In this document: positions 26,456 to 39,011 of the stretch, in pieces
Layout: every line of letters begins with the position of its first letter
Position numbering within the stretch: the first letter of the stretch is position 1
DNA from: Eledone cirrhosa
Lineage: Eukaryota
Direction: 5' to 3'
DNA: 64,000 bases
NCBI GenBank assembly: GCA_964016885.1
Contig: OZ024752.1
Span: forward strand, 4,712,001 to 4,776,000
The notes under the pieces: model-generated
The model's database searches: none
What the model saw: only the letters and a program-made list of their open reading frames with translations
Told to the model about the DNA's origin: nothing
Made by a program: the position numbers and the translations under genes

Positions 26456-26940
26456 ACACACACACACACATACACCAATATATACACACATACAGACACC
26501 AATATATACACACATACATTCTGATAGTCAAATGTACAAGCACACACTCACACACACACACTGTCACACACTTAACAAACACACTAACATTCATTCACAT
26601 GTTCAAAGATACACATATGCATACACTCAAACACATGCATACCACCACCCATGAAGACACACACACAGACACACACATACACACACATAGATACACATAC
26701 AGATACACACACTTGCACAGAAACACGCATACTCATATACATGCATAGATAGCTGCACACGTCTATAGATATTGAAATACACAACACAGAAACACATTTA
26801 CAGACACTTCAACACACACACATTTACATACAGAGATACACACATATACATGCACAAAAACACAAGCACTTAAGTAGAGAGGCACACACATGTAAACACC
26901 CCACAGACACTCACATACTCACACACATACACATACACTC
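26370..26940. repeat. Degenerate (CA)n region
   Basis: Directly visible. Confidence 0.85.
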
Positions 26941-27135
26941 TTGTATGTCCAGCAATATGCTTATGTCTATGATATCAGTAATGCAAGTGACATTTCTCTT
27001 CTAATATGTTCTAATCTGTTAACCCAGCTTGTTTGCTGTCTATTCAAACACGATGGTTCGTTTCTTTGACTGAGCCCGGCAGATCTCTGAGCTACAAGGC
27101 TCTCTCATCACTCTGGGTTATTTGGATTGGTAGTA

Positions 27136-28137
27136 AGGGTGGTGGATTGGCAGTATTGGGAGAGGGTCGGACGCCATGCTAGGGCGGTGGATTGGCAGTA
27201 TTGGGAGAGGGTCGGACGCCATGCTAGGGCGGTGGATTGGCAGTATTGGGAGAGGGTCGGACGGCATGCTAGGGTGGTGGATTGGCAGTATTGGGAGAGG
27301 GTCGGACGGCATGTTAGGGCGGTGGATTGGCAGTATTGGGAGAGGGTCGGACGCCATGCTAGGGTGGTGGATTGGCAGTATTGGGAGAGGGTCGGACGCC
27401 ATGCTAGGGTGGTGGATTGGCAGTATTGGGAGAGGGTCGGACGCCATGCTAGGGCGGTGGATTGGCAGTATTGGGAGAGGGTCGGACGCCATGCTAGGGT
27501 GGTGGATTGGCAGTATTGGGAGAGGGTCGGACGCCATGCTAGGGTGGTGGATTGGCAGTATTGGGAGAGGGTCGGACGGCATGCTAGGGTGGTGGATTGG
27601 CAGTATTGGGAGAGGGTCGAACGCCATGCTAGGGCGGTGGATTGGCAGTATTGGGAGAGGGTCGAACGCCATGCTAGGGTGGTGGATTGGCAGTATTGGG
27701 AGAGGGTCGAACGCCATGCTAGGGCGGTGGATTGGCAGTATTGGGAGAGGGTCGGACGCCATGCTAGGGTGGTGGATTGGCAGTATTGGGAGAGGGTCGG
27801 ACGGCATGTTAGGGTGGTGGATTGGCAGTATTGGGAGAGGGTCGGACGCCATGCTAGGGTGGTGGATTGGCAGTATTGGGAGAGGGTCGGACGCCATGCT
27901 AGGGTGGTGGATTGGCAGTATTGGGAGAGGGTCGGACGCCATGCTAGGGTGGTGGATTGGCAGTATTGGGAGAGGGTCAGACGCCATGCTTTGATGTATA
28001 AAGTTACGGCCCTTGCCATTCTGAGTTCAAATCCCGCCGAGGTTAACTTTGTCTTTCATCCTTACGGGGTCAATAAAATAAAGTACCAGTGATACACTGG
28101 GTAATTGCTGGCCTTGTGCCTAACGTAGAAACAATTA
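27136..28137 (+). mobile_element. Family B SINE whose 5' 45 bp are amplified 19 times (27136-27990)
   Basis: Unit agggtggtggattggcagtattgggagagggtcggacgccatgct equals the SINE head; one B box, core and tail follow. Confidence 0.92.
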
Positions 28138-28676
28138 TCATACAGATACTCAAATACACATATTCATATAGACAAAATCATTAACATATACAAACACACA
28201 CATTGTCAGAGTGATATACACTTACAGACACACACATGCACATATTGTCAAAATGACATACACGTACACACACACACACACACAAATGTACATAAACACA
28301 CACATTGTCAGAGTATGACATACACTTACAGACACACAAATGTACACACACACACACATACTGACACACTATCTATTAATGGTTTACTTTGTAATATATT
28401 TCAGTATATCTTACTTTATATAATGGTACAATTTATAAGAAAAACAAAAGACAGACACAGTCTAATAAGTCTTAAGTACTATTTACACAACACTAAACAT
28501 TAATTATATCAAACTCCCACCCCACCACCTCCACCAAAAAAAAAGATTTTCACTTGATTACTTTTGAAAAGTAGTGGGCACTTTAATATAATATGATAAA
28601 CATACATTTCCTGTTTATGTAGGAAAAAATTCCCTCTCTACCTTAATAGCTTTTCTACCACATGTAGTACCTTTAA

Positions 28677-28888
28677 CCCTTTAGCATTTAAACCAGCCAT
28701 ATCTGGCCAAAATTCTCTCAACTTTTTCTATTCAAACTGATCGTAATCAGCCAATATTAAGGTATCGTTCTCACAATGAATAATATCAAAATCTCGTAGA
28801 TTCGATATTATGTGATATAATTATGAAAGATAAAGCCTTTACCACAAAAATACAATATTATGTATAGAATAATGTAAATACTAAAGGT
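28677..28888 (+). mobile_element. piggyBac-like MITE
   Basis: TTAA|ccctttagcattta ... taaatactaaaggt|TTAA. Confidence 0.82.
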
Positions 28889-28927
28889 TTAAAGTTCCAC
28901 ATCCAAAGACATCAGTGTGTTGCTTAA

Positions 28928-29135
28928 CCCTTTAGCATTTAAATCGGCTATATCTGGCCAGAATCTCTCACCTTTTTCTGTTCAAACTGGCTGTAACCTG
29001 CCACTCATACTGATGTTAAGGTATTTTTTCAAAATAAATAACATCATCAAAATCTTGTAGCTTCAATATTATGTGAGGTAAAGACTCTACTGTGAAAATA
29101 TAATAATATATATAGAGTAAAGTAAATACAAAGGG
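28928..29135 (+). mobile_element. piggyBac-like MITE
   Basis: TTAA|ccctttagcattta ... taaatacaaaggg|TTAA. Confidence 0.82.
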
Positions 29136-30487
29136 TTAACAAAACCTTAACATTGAGTGAGTTCTCTCCCCTTTCTATATTAGAGATATCTAGATATCAC
29201 ACATTTCTGTATAAAGTATCAACTTGAGATCTAAGAAAGCAGATATTATGAGATAAACTCCCAAGAGACTTCTCTTGCTTCTTTTTTTCACTCTTCAGTC
29301 TGTTCTTTTTAAGCTAGATGAATCTAAAATTGCCTATCAACAGCCTCCAGCTGAATCAACATCTAAGACTATTAGAGTAGCTCTTAGCTAAATTGTTGGG
29401 ACTCTCCATAGAGACTTTTAATGATGGGAGGTGAGTGTACTAGGGAGGGAGGTTCCTCAATATGGTTGTCAAACCGTCTAGAAATAATAGCGAGATATTC
29501 TTCAATCCCCACTCCCAATCTTTCTAACAAAAGGAAATGGGAAAGAAGACATGAAATTTCTTTTTTTTTTTTATTCTTTTTAATGTTTATTCAGAGGGAA
29601 AAGGGCAATAGCTATAGCCCTTAAATTTTTCAGGGCCTCCAAGCTGGTGGAAAGAAGGAAGTTATGATTTAACCAAAAGCTTAGTTCAAATGTGTGTAAC
29701 AAAGTAAATCCTGATAAAGGCACCAAAGAACCATTTAGTGGTGTTAAATCAAACAATGGCTTAAATCTGCTACCCAAAGAACAGCAGAACAAACACTATA
29801 TTTCACAATAACAATTCAGTCATTCCATCTTCCTAAACTGGTCACCTTTTGTGGATCTTGAAAGGTCTACCTCTTTTCATAAATCCCATACACTGAGTTT
29901 TCTCTGCATCCCTTTATACATTTTGCTGTCAACTTTTATGGAAGGTCTCTCAATTGTATCTACATGGAGTAGACCCTCATGCTGTCCCATTTATTCTTTT
30001 TATTCAGGAGTCTTTCCATGCCTCTTTATCGTCTGTATTTTTCTGTCAAATCAAGTTCTCATCACAGACACACTTTCTCCTCAACCAGATCTCGACCTTC
30101 CCTAACACATTGTCTCAGAATCAGAAACACTTCACACTTCTGATGTTCACAATGTAGCACATGTACAGTATATGATAGTTAAATTATAAGACTCCTTCTT
30201 GGGCTCTGAAGGAGGTAAACAATTGTTTTGGAAGCAAGATAGGTCCTTCTGGCCTACCCTGTGCTTAAACACAGGGTAGGCACAATGGTAAATCCAGCAC
30301 TGCGCATGTGCAAACATTTTCTTTTCTGCTTCTTCCCTTGCTAAATATACCTAGCACACAACCATTCTTCTAGCTATTTCCCTTCTCCTCCAGCCTTCCT
30401 AGGTTTATATTTTTACATTTATGGTTCAATTTACTCTGTCATTCCACTCCCACATCATTTTCAATTTTCATGGATCTTACTCCAGAG

Positions 30488-30672
30488 CGGTGGTTCCCAA
30501 AAGTGAGTTCCATGGAACCCAAGGGTTCCGTAAATGAGTGTTTGGGGTTCCATGAAAAAAGGTAGAGGAATATATTTATATTATGACCATATAACAGTAT
30601 TACACTTTGGGGTTCCCCCAAAAGTTTCTAAAGAAAAAGGGTTCTGTGTTTGAAAAAGTTTGGGAAACCCTG
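30488..30672. mobile_element. hAT (Charlie/Buster-like) MITE
   Basis: TIRs cggtggttcccaaa / tttgggaaaccctg; 8-bp TSD ctccagag/gtccagag. Confidence 0.8.
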
Positions 30673-31321
30673 GTCCAGAGCCACAGACCAAGTTAGATCA
30701 GTCTTTTAACAGATTCTCTCATAGGAATTCTCAATTTTTCTTTATGGTATAGACTTCCATTTTTTTCTTCCTCACTGCCATATGCTTCAAATAGGATTTC
30801 TCTGAATTTGTCACCAGTAGGAAGTTTTTCAGTTCCCATATCATTCTCCAGATCTGCCAATGACTCCAAGTTTGTCTATCTATTCTTTCCTTATCCAAAC
30901 TTTCCTGAAGAAAGACTTCTGTCCGAAAAGTTGAAACCTCCTCCAGTTCCTCTAATATAACTGTAAATTTGCTTCCTGTGATTTGTTTGTTTCATTTATT
31001 TCTATATATATATATATGTGTGTGAGGAAAGAAACATGTTGACAGGTTAAATGGAGAATTTATGGGGGGAATCTGATGAAATTCATGAGACCCAGACTGT
31101 AAAAGTGTAAACATATCATTTGAAATGTTTGCATCAGTTAGACAACAGCTTTTGCATTCCAATAAGATTTTTATTTTCCATTCATATTAATTATTATTGG
31201 TAATAAAACCATTGTTTTTATCATCATCATTGTTATTATTACTATTGTTATCATTATAATGATTATTATTACTATTATCATCATCATCACCATCAGTATT
31301 ATCGTCTATTATCATCAGTCA

Positions 31322-31742
31322 TTGGTGAATGTCAGTATCGGTAGAGAGTTGGACGCCATGCTTACCAGCAGAGTTACGTCCCTTTACAGTCTGAGTTCAA
31401 ATCCCGCCGAGGTTGACTTTGCCTTTGATCCTTACGGGGTCGATAAAATAAAGTACCAGTAATGCACTGGGATAATTGCTGGCCTTGTGCCAAAAGTAGA
31501 AACAATTATTATTATTAATATCTTAAGGACGGTTGATCGGCAGTATCAGTAGAGGGTCGGATGCCATGCTTTGCAGCATAGAGTTACGGCCCTTTATGAT
31601 CTGAGTTCAAATCCCGTTGAGGTTAACTTTGCCTTTCATCCTTATGGGGTCGATAAAATAAAGTACCAGTCACGCAATGGGGTCAATTTCATCGACTTTT
31701 CCCTCCCCAAAAAATTGCTGGCCTTGTGCCTATATAAGAAAC

Positions 31743-31745
<3 letters not shown>
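31322..31745 (+). mobile_element. Two tandem family B SINEs
   Basis: About 31322-31507 and 31525-31745; the second has a long (ATT)n tail. Confidence 0.82.
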
Positions 31746-31791
<46 letters not shown>

Positions 31792-31839
31792 GTTGTTGTT
31801 GTTGTTGTTGTTGTTGTTTCAGTTGTACTAAAACTGCTC

Positions 31840-31882
<43 letters not shown>

Positions 31883-32679
31883 AGTACAGCATCATCGAAG
31901 CTCAAACCGAATAAAGCACTCAACTAGAAGTTATTAAATAAACATAAACAATTAACCAATCAATAGAATTGTCTAATTAAATTAATCAATTAATCGTTAA
32001 TTCTAGGAGATAATAATACAAAATTTAGTACACCATCATCGAAGCTCTGGTTGCAGCCAAGCTAACGAATGCAATCTCAGTGTGCAGCTAAGCACTCAAT
32101 AGGGTATATTACCCTAGAGTTATAACATTATGTTTAGACAGCTTTGCAAATTGAAGACAGCGACCAATAGACAGCCACAGTGACCAAGGCAACGAAAAAA
32201 ACTGAACTCAGGAAAATATATATATATGTAGAATGTCTACTAAAGAGTTCTATGTTTCTGTATGTCATGTATAAGTCTTATCTATGTATTTATCAGCATG
32301 TGTTTCAACCATTCCCAAGGCACCTATTATTAAAGATTTGTTGTCTTTTTTTTTTCTTTTCAACCCCCATATTCTCTTTTATCTCTATCCCCAGATCTTT
32401 GTTTTGATAATTTCCCAATTTCTTCTGTCAGAGATACTTTATCATCTGTTGAGACTGATATGTTGATTAAGTGGCACCTTTTATTCTGTTTGTCCTTGAG
32501 AACAATATCTAGTCAAATATCCTTGATCTCTGAGTATGTGTGTGTGTGTTCGTATTTATATATATGTGTGTGTGTTCGTATTTATATATATGTGTGTGTA
32601 CAGAACAATATCAAGTAGTATATCCTTGATCTGTGTGTGTGTGTGGGGGGGGGGGGGGGGGTTATTCCAAGAACTTTTG

Positions 32680-33094
32680 TTATATTACACCCCTCATGAC
32701 CCATGACCCATTGTCAGTCATGTAAACTTCAACATTTTTTTTTTTAAATCATGTTCACTTAAAAATAATTTTCAAATAATTAAAATATACACAGACAAGT
32801 ATATAATGTAAAATGAAACTGGAAGGCCGATATATATATATACGTGTATGTATGTATATATATAGATGTGTCTGTGTATACATATATAGATATATATATA
32901 TGCATGTGTGTGTATATATATATATATATATGTGGGTATCTGATCTATATACACTGGTCATAGACACACACACACTCACACATATATATATACACAACAA
33001 CACCATCAGCTCTCTCTCTCTCTTCCATTTTCCTCTCTCTCCTCTCCCTCTCTCTATGTCTCTCTTCCAATCTATTCTCTCCCAACCACTATCT

Positions 33095-33132
<38 letters not shown>

Positions 33133-33319
33133 ATGAAAGTACCCAGAAAACCCCATATCTCGGGACCCCATGCTTCGATTTACGTGAAACTTGTTTTATT
33201 CCATTTGTATTCCCATTTCAGGGGCAACTTCCTTTCAAAGTATTTCCCATTATGCACCCCTTTTGGCTGTATTACATTACAGACAATCAAACAATCACAG
33301 ACTGTTAGTATTATATAGA
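32680..33319 (-). mobile_element. Non-autonomous Helitron-like element
   Basis: Minus strand begins A|TCTATATAATACTAA; collinear with 46028-46468, which ends acgggtggtCTAG|T. Confidence 0.6.
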
Positions 33320-33339
33320 TGCCTCTGTAGCACCTCTTT

Positions 33340-33485
33340 AGGTGGTTAATTGGTAGAGCGTCAGATAGAATGCTATATGGTATTCGTTCCGGCTCTCTGA
33401 GTTCAAATCCTGCCGAGGTCAACTTTGCCTTTCATCATTTCGAGGTCGATAAAAAAAACGTACCAGTCTAGTACTGGGGTCGATT
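33340..33485 (+). mobile_element. Diverged family B-related SINE
   Basis: gagttcaaatcctgccgaggtcaactttgcctttcatc..gaggtcgataaa..gtaccagt. Confidence 0.75.
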
Positions 33486-33899
33486 CTTCCTCTCTCTCAC
33501 TTTCTATCTTTCTCTGGAAGAAATCTGTTGTACTCAGGCTTGGAGAGAGATGGGATCTGCCATTCTTAAAAAATATGCTCAAGAAATGCTGTATGTCAAT
33601 ACAGCGCTCCTACAACTATCACAAGGGTTACAGGACATACATACCACCTCTTTGCTCTTGGTAGTCATACACTTGGCATACTTTCTTGTGTATGTTAGCC
33701 TCAATCCTCATACGATACCCACTGATGTGTTTTATCTCAGATAATATTTAGACAGCAAGAATGTATAATTTGATGTATAATGTATAATTTGAGGGAGATT
33801 GGCTACTATTTCTAACAGGTTAAATATCCACAGAAATGTTCTCTTGGTGGTTCATTACAGCTGGCTGATGTTGTATATGACATCAACTGCTTTCCCTCT

Positions 33900-34740
33900 A
33901 TCCAGCCAGAATTCTCTCACCTCTCTCTGATCAAACAGGCTGTAATCAGCTGCTCATACTGATGTTAAGGTATTATTCTAAAAATAAATAATATCAAAAT
34001 CTCATAGAATCAATATCATGTGAAATATAGCCTTTACTGTGAAAATATAATAGTAAAACTCCTTACATGGAGAGCAATAGTAACTTTAAAAACTTGATTT
34101 GGTGGAATGATACGTGATGGGGGCCCCCACAGCCCCGGTGGATAGAATGGAGAAGGCGTTTCCCCGGAGGACGGCAAGGGAGACGCGCTGGAAAAGCCAC
34201 TCCAACTCATGGAGCTCACACCTGCGGCTGGCCAGCTCAGCACCTATGGTGGTGAGTAAGGAGCTAGCCCTAGGCCCGAGGACACCAGAAGTCTCCACTT
34301 CCAAGGGCACAACCACAAACCTGTCGGAGAGTGACCGGTATTTGAGGAGTTTAGCCTCCTCAGCCCGACATGCAGCAGAACCTGGGTTAGTTACAGACTG
34401 CACCAGGTTGCGGCAGCAGAAAGTGTCGGTGCAAGTGGCATCCCAGACGAGGGGTTTGCCACCGCGGAACGGGAAGATGGTCATGCCATCTGGCCTTTTG
34501 CCGTCCCCTCGGTCCAGCCCCACCAGCTCGAGCTGGGAAGGGAAGCCTGCAGCGTCCAAGCCATGCTTTATGACATCGTTGAGGGCAGCATGGCATGAAA
34601 GGTGGCCGGCACTGTGGTGACAGGAAAGTGGGTCGAGTCCACGGTGGATCCACAGCGACATTGCTGTGGCTCGCAAATCCGGAGGCCGAGCCTCAAGGAA
34701 ACAATAATAGTAAATATAGAGTAATGTAAATGCTAAAGGG
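33900..34740 (+). mobile_element. piggyBac-like MITE split by a retrotransposon insertion
   Basis: MITE sequence at 33900-34057 resumes at 34704-34740 (ending taaatgctaaaggg). Confidence 0.72.
34058..34703 (-). mobile_element. 5'-truncated CRE-like non-LTR retrotransposon (restriction-like endonuclease domain)
   Basis: LNDVI..GLDRGDGKRPDGMT..LVWDATCTDT..AEEAKLLKY..ETSG..QRVSLAVLRGNA; TSD ataatagtaaa at 34047-34057 and 34704-34714. Confidence 0.82.
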
Positions 34741-35458
34741 ATAATGTATAATTTGATGGAGATTTGGCTACTATTTCTAAAAAGGTTGAATATCCATGAA
34801 AATGTTCTCTTGGTGGTTCATTACAGCTGGCTGTTATTGTAGATGGCACCACCTGCTTTCCATCTAATGGATATTTTCTTTCATTTTTCTTTCTTCAGTT
34901 ATTACCTTTTTCCAATTATATAGATCATTGCCAGTAGAGTGTATTTTTGTTTGTTTTATGTCTCACCTTGAACGTCAGCCATTTCTGTTTTACTTCTGGT
35001 TATGCATACCTCCTTTAACAACAACTGCTTATTGTTATTGCATCTTCTTTTATTCTTTTTTTTTTACTGTTGTCAGTCATTAGACTGTAGTTATCTATGC
35101 TGGAGCATCACCCTCAAGGAATATAGACAATCCTATCAAACCCACTATTTCAGTCCGTGACTTATTTTATCAATCCCTGTTTGTCAAACCGCTTCATTAC
35201 AGAACTTAAATAAACACACATACATACACACACAAACATACACACATATACACACTCACAAACTCACACACGCACACACAAACTCATACATACACATAAA
35301 CAAATGCACACACACACTCACAAACTCACATACACAAACTCATACACACACACACTCACAAACTCATACACACACACACAAACTCACACACACTCACACT
35401 CATACACACACTCACAACCTCATACACACACACACATACATACACACACGCACACACT

Positions 35459-35489
<31 letters not shown>

Positions 35490-35744
35490 TCATACACACA
35501 TACATATATGATGGGTTTCCACGCAGTTTTCAAATTCCTTAACAGGTTCGATCGGGTGTAACCACAGTAAGTAAAGTACTCAATACCTTAGTAGAGTGTA
35601 AACAACAAATTTAATATGGACTTGGCCTCTACGGGACTAGAACTATTTCATTCGAATTATTTCCTTTGAATGAAACAGTTCTAGTCCTGTAGAAGCTATT
35701 TGGGGATTATATATATCCCTTTGCTTATATATAAATACATATAC

Positions 35745-36078
35745 GAGAATGCTGAGGATGGCTCTGAACATTAATCAGTACACACTGAGGGTGGAAAACT
35801 CAGAGCTGTACGGGAGCCTCCCAAAAGTCAGCTCAAAAGTGACACAGAAGAGACTGAGGTTAGCTGGACATGCTCACCGACATCCAGAGTTGACATTGCA
35901 CTCAGTGCTCCTGTGGGAGCCCTTACATGGACACACTGGAAGAGGAAGACCAAGGTTAACGTATGTTGATGCCCTAAGGACAGACACTGGTCTGTTGGAG
36001 ACGCAGGACATGGCAGCGATAATGAGGGACAGAGACCGCTGGAGAGAACTCGTCCATGGATCTTGGGAATTTTACCCG

Positions 36079-36082
<4 letters not shown>
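35745..36082 (+). mobile_element. 3' fragment of an RTE-group LINE ending in (TA)n
   Basis: RLRLAGHAHRHPE..LLWEP..GRGRPRLTYVD..MRDRDRWR. Confidence 0.8.
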
Positions 36083-36142
<60 letters not shown>

Positions 36143-37788
36143 CCTCCAAATACATTGCTGCTTCATATTTTTGTGATCTTGAGAAAGATCAAAAGCAAAG
36201 TTGTCCTCGTGAGTATTTGAACTCAGAATTTTAAATGGAACTTAATGAAATATTTCATCACTCTATCAGTTTTGCCATCCTTTACCTTCCTATTATTATT
36301 GATCATCAATATAGCTTCCACATGACGACACTATTTAGCAGCCTTCACTGTAATGTTGTTATGTTAGCATACAGGTATTTCAAAGATTCTTGGTATAGAC
36401 AGCTGTTGTTGACATCAGGAAAATTTCTGGGTTAACTGGGAGGATTGTTGTGGCCAGTTCTTCTTACTGAATGAATAGAACACAAGTATTTCTATTAAGC
36501 AACCAAATTTCCTTTTGCAACCAATTCTATTGTCTTTTAACTGATGTTCACCAACAGATCTTAATTCTATAAATTCTGGATTCTCTCAAGAATCACCTTT
36601 CACACTGAACTTCACTTCTTCATAAATGATTTTCAGTCTCACAGTGTTTCATTGATCTTTTGTTAACAATTCATTCTTGACAGCTAACAACTGTTTCTTC
36701 TCTACTTTTGAATTCTGCTCACACAAAACTAGTTTCCATTCAGTTTCAGTTGACTTTTAGATCTCTGCTTTCTACATATAGCTTAATTGTAGGAGAACTA
36801 CATTGAACTGAATCTACCCTCATCTTCCCTCTATTCCCTCCCTTTACCCCAAATGCTATCAATATTAACTCTTTCGGCATCTATGACCATGTAGAATATC
36901 TGCATGAAATAATGTAAAACTCTATGGAATATTCCAGGGAAAGCTTTTAATAGGTTTTCATTAAGATAAATTGATTTAAGATAAAAGGATTTTGCTAAAG
37001 TATTTACCTTTATAAAGCTTTTAACTTCAAGCTACTGAATATTTAGCTCATTAAGAATATTTAGCTCAACAGAAAGAACAAGATTTCAACATAGTTGAGA
37101 ATTGTTTACCATTGGTGAGGTTTCAAACTGAACCAGTAGATATGATTATGTCTTCAAGAAGATGCCTCACATTTATTCTCCTCTGGTGAATATAGCCTTG
37201 GCCAGGAGGCATCGATGTCATCAGATGGTGTCCAACGTTCATTGGGTGTTTTGACCCTTGACCATAACACCTCGCTAGTGGGTCAGCAGTGTTGGCCAAA
37301 TTACTTGACCATCTTTGCCACCTGGCTTCCAGCTTATCTCCTCTTTCCTGCTCCAAAGTTAACAAGAAGCCCTTTCTCCTACCTTCCCTAACCTACAAAC
37401 TGCAGCTGTCGTTTCTTTTCCTGTTATTCCAATGACAGTGAACCTCCTCCATACCCAGTGAGCCAGAGATCCCTTGCAACCGACTATAACTGCTATCTAA
37501 CAATAGCACATTATAGAATATATGAATTACATATTAGCTTATAAGATTTTATTGTTAATGTTATTAGATACTAGAATTCAGAGGACTCAAAAGAGCCATT
37601 ATGTCCTTGGGGAGAGGCACAGCTGACCAAAAGGGAGATGAGGGGCAAGGGTGTGATTTCCACCAGTTACAATGCTAATCTGCAAGAGCTGATAGGTTGC
37701 TATTTATTTTTTTTAAATCAAAATAAATACACATATAATAGTGAGATAGGTGAATTAGTTCAAAATTTCTATTTCAAAATCACCTTAA

Positions 37789-38009
37789 CCTTTTAGCATT
37801 TAAACTGGCTGTATCCAGCCAGATGTCTCTTACTGCTTGCTGTCCAAACTGGCCATAACCGGCCACTAACTAGAAATAGCAATCAGTTCTCCAAGTTACA
37901 CTGTGATCTTCAAAAAGAACAATACCTTAACATCAGTATGAGTGGCCAGTTACAGATGGTTTGAACAGAAAGAAGTGAGAGAATTCTGGCTGGTTTAAAT
38001 GTTAAAGGG
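37789..38009. mobile_element. piggyBac-like MITE derivative made of two inverted left ends
   Basis: TTAA|ccttttagcatttaaac.. on + and a second left end on - finishing aaaggg|TTAA. Confidence 0.65.
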
Positions 38010-38352
38010 TTAAATAACCTGTCTTGTTAGTGCTAAATAATTGATGAAAATATTTTGTGGACATAAAATATTACAGACAATATATAGGAGAAACAAATTA
38101 GTTTAATTTGAGAAGATTTAATGACAGGATCTCTGTAGTGTAATTAGTGTAATTGGCGATATAGTCTATTGTAAAATGACATATTCATAGTTTGAAGCCT
38201 GCACTTGGTGCTCTTTTTTTTGACTTGCAATGTTGTTTATAATGTTTATTATAATTTGAATTAATTTCTTCAATGAATTCAATAATTTAAACATATTTTA
38301 TTCTGTCTGTAAGATGTACAAAGTCAAATTTTCGGCTCCTGAAGTGCTGAGA

Positions 38353-38395
<43 letters not shown>

Positions 38396-38650
38396 CGCTC
38401 ATATATTCACCTAACTTATGCTAACAGAATAACTATGAAGCTTGTTCCCTTCCTCTCTACGGTTAGCTTTCCTCTTTGTTGTTTACTTGTCTCACTCACT
38501 TTACGCGTTTTAATTGTCCTAATAACTTAATTTAGTTATTATTGCACCGACGTGAGGTATATGATTTTTAATGCAATGAAATATCTATGATCGTCGGCAA
38601 ATCACTGATGAGGGACTCATTTTATAACATGTTATCCAAGTGCAACCTTT

Positions 38651-38698
<48 letters not shown>

Positions 38699-38702
<4 letters not shown>

Positions 38703-38946
38703 ATAATAATAAATTTGAAGACTAAAATCCAAATAATGACGTATTATCTTCGGTTTTTTTCCGTTCTATGCCAGGGAACGTTTCCACGAACGAAAGTATC
38801 GTCTTCCTGTCTTCCGTCGGTTGCAACGTTTTTCCAAATATTTACTTCTGCGTTCACAGATTGATTTTTTTAGTTTCAGAAGATTCCGTTGTGGGTGAAA
38901 GCAGCGATTCTTTGCTTAAACTTTAAGCTGTTATTTTGTTATTTTA

Positions 38947-38950
<4 letters not shown>
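38699..38950. mobile_element. Putative Penelope-like terminal-repeat fragment with inversion, in (TA)n
   Basis: Same end blocks as 12976 and 15640; contains cagaaga-ttcc..gggt-gaaa. Confidence 0.55.

Positions 38951-39009
<59 letters not shown>

Positions 39010-39011
<2 letters not shown>

Noticed and set aside
27136-27990. CRISPR-like array or repeat-protein gene (289-321 aa ORFs)
   Set aside because: No unique spacers, eukaryotic context; the ORFs arise because a 45-bp stop-free unit is a multiple of 3.
38600-38645. Hammerhead at ctgatgaggga (also ctgatga at ~48733)
   Set aside because: No GAAA core or stem I can be formed.
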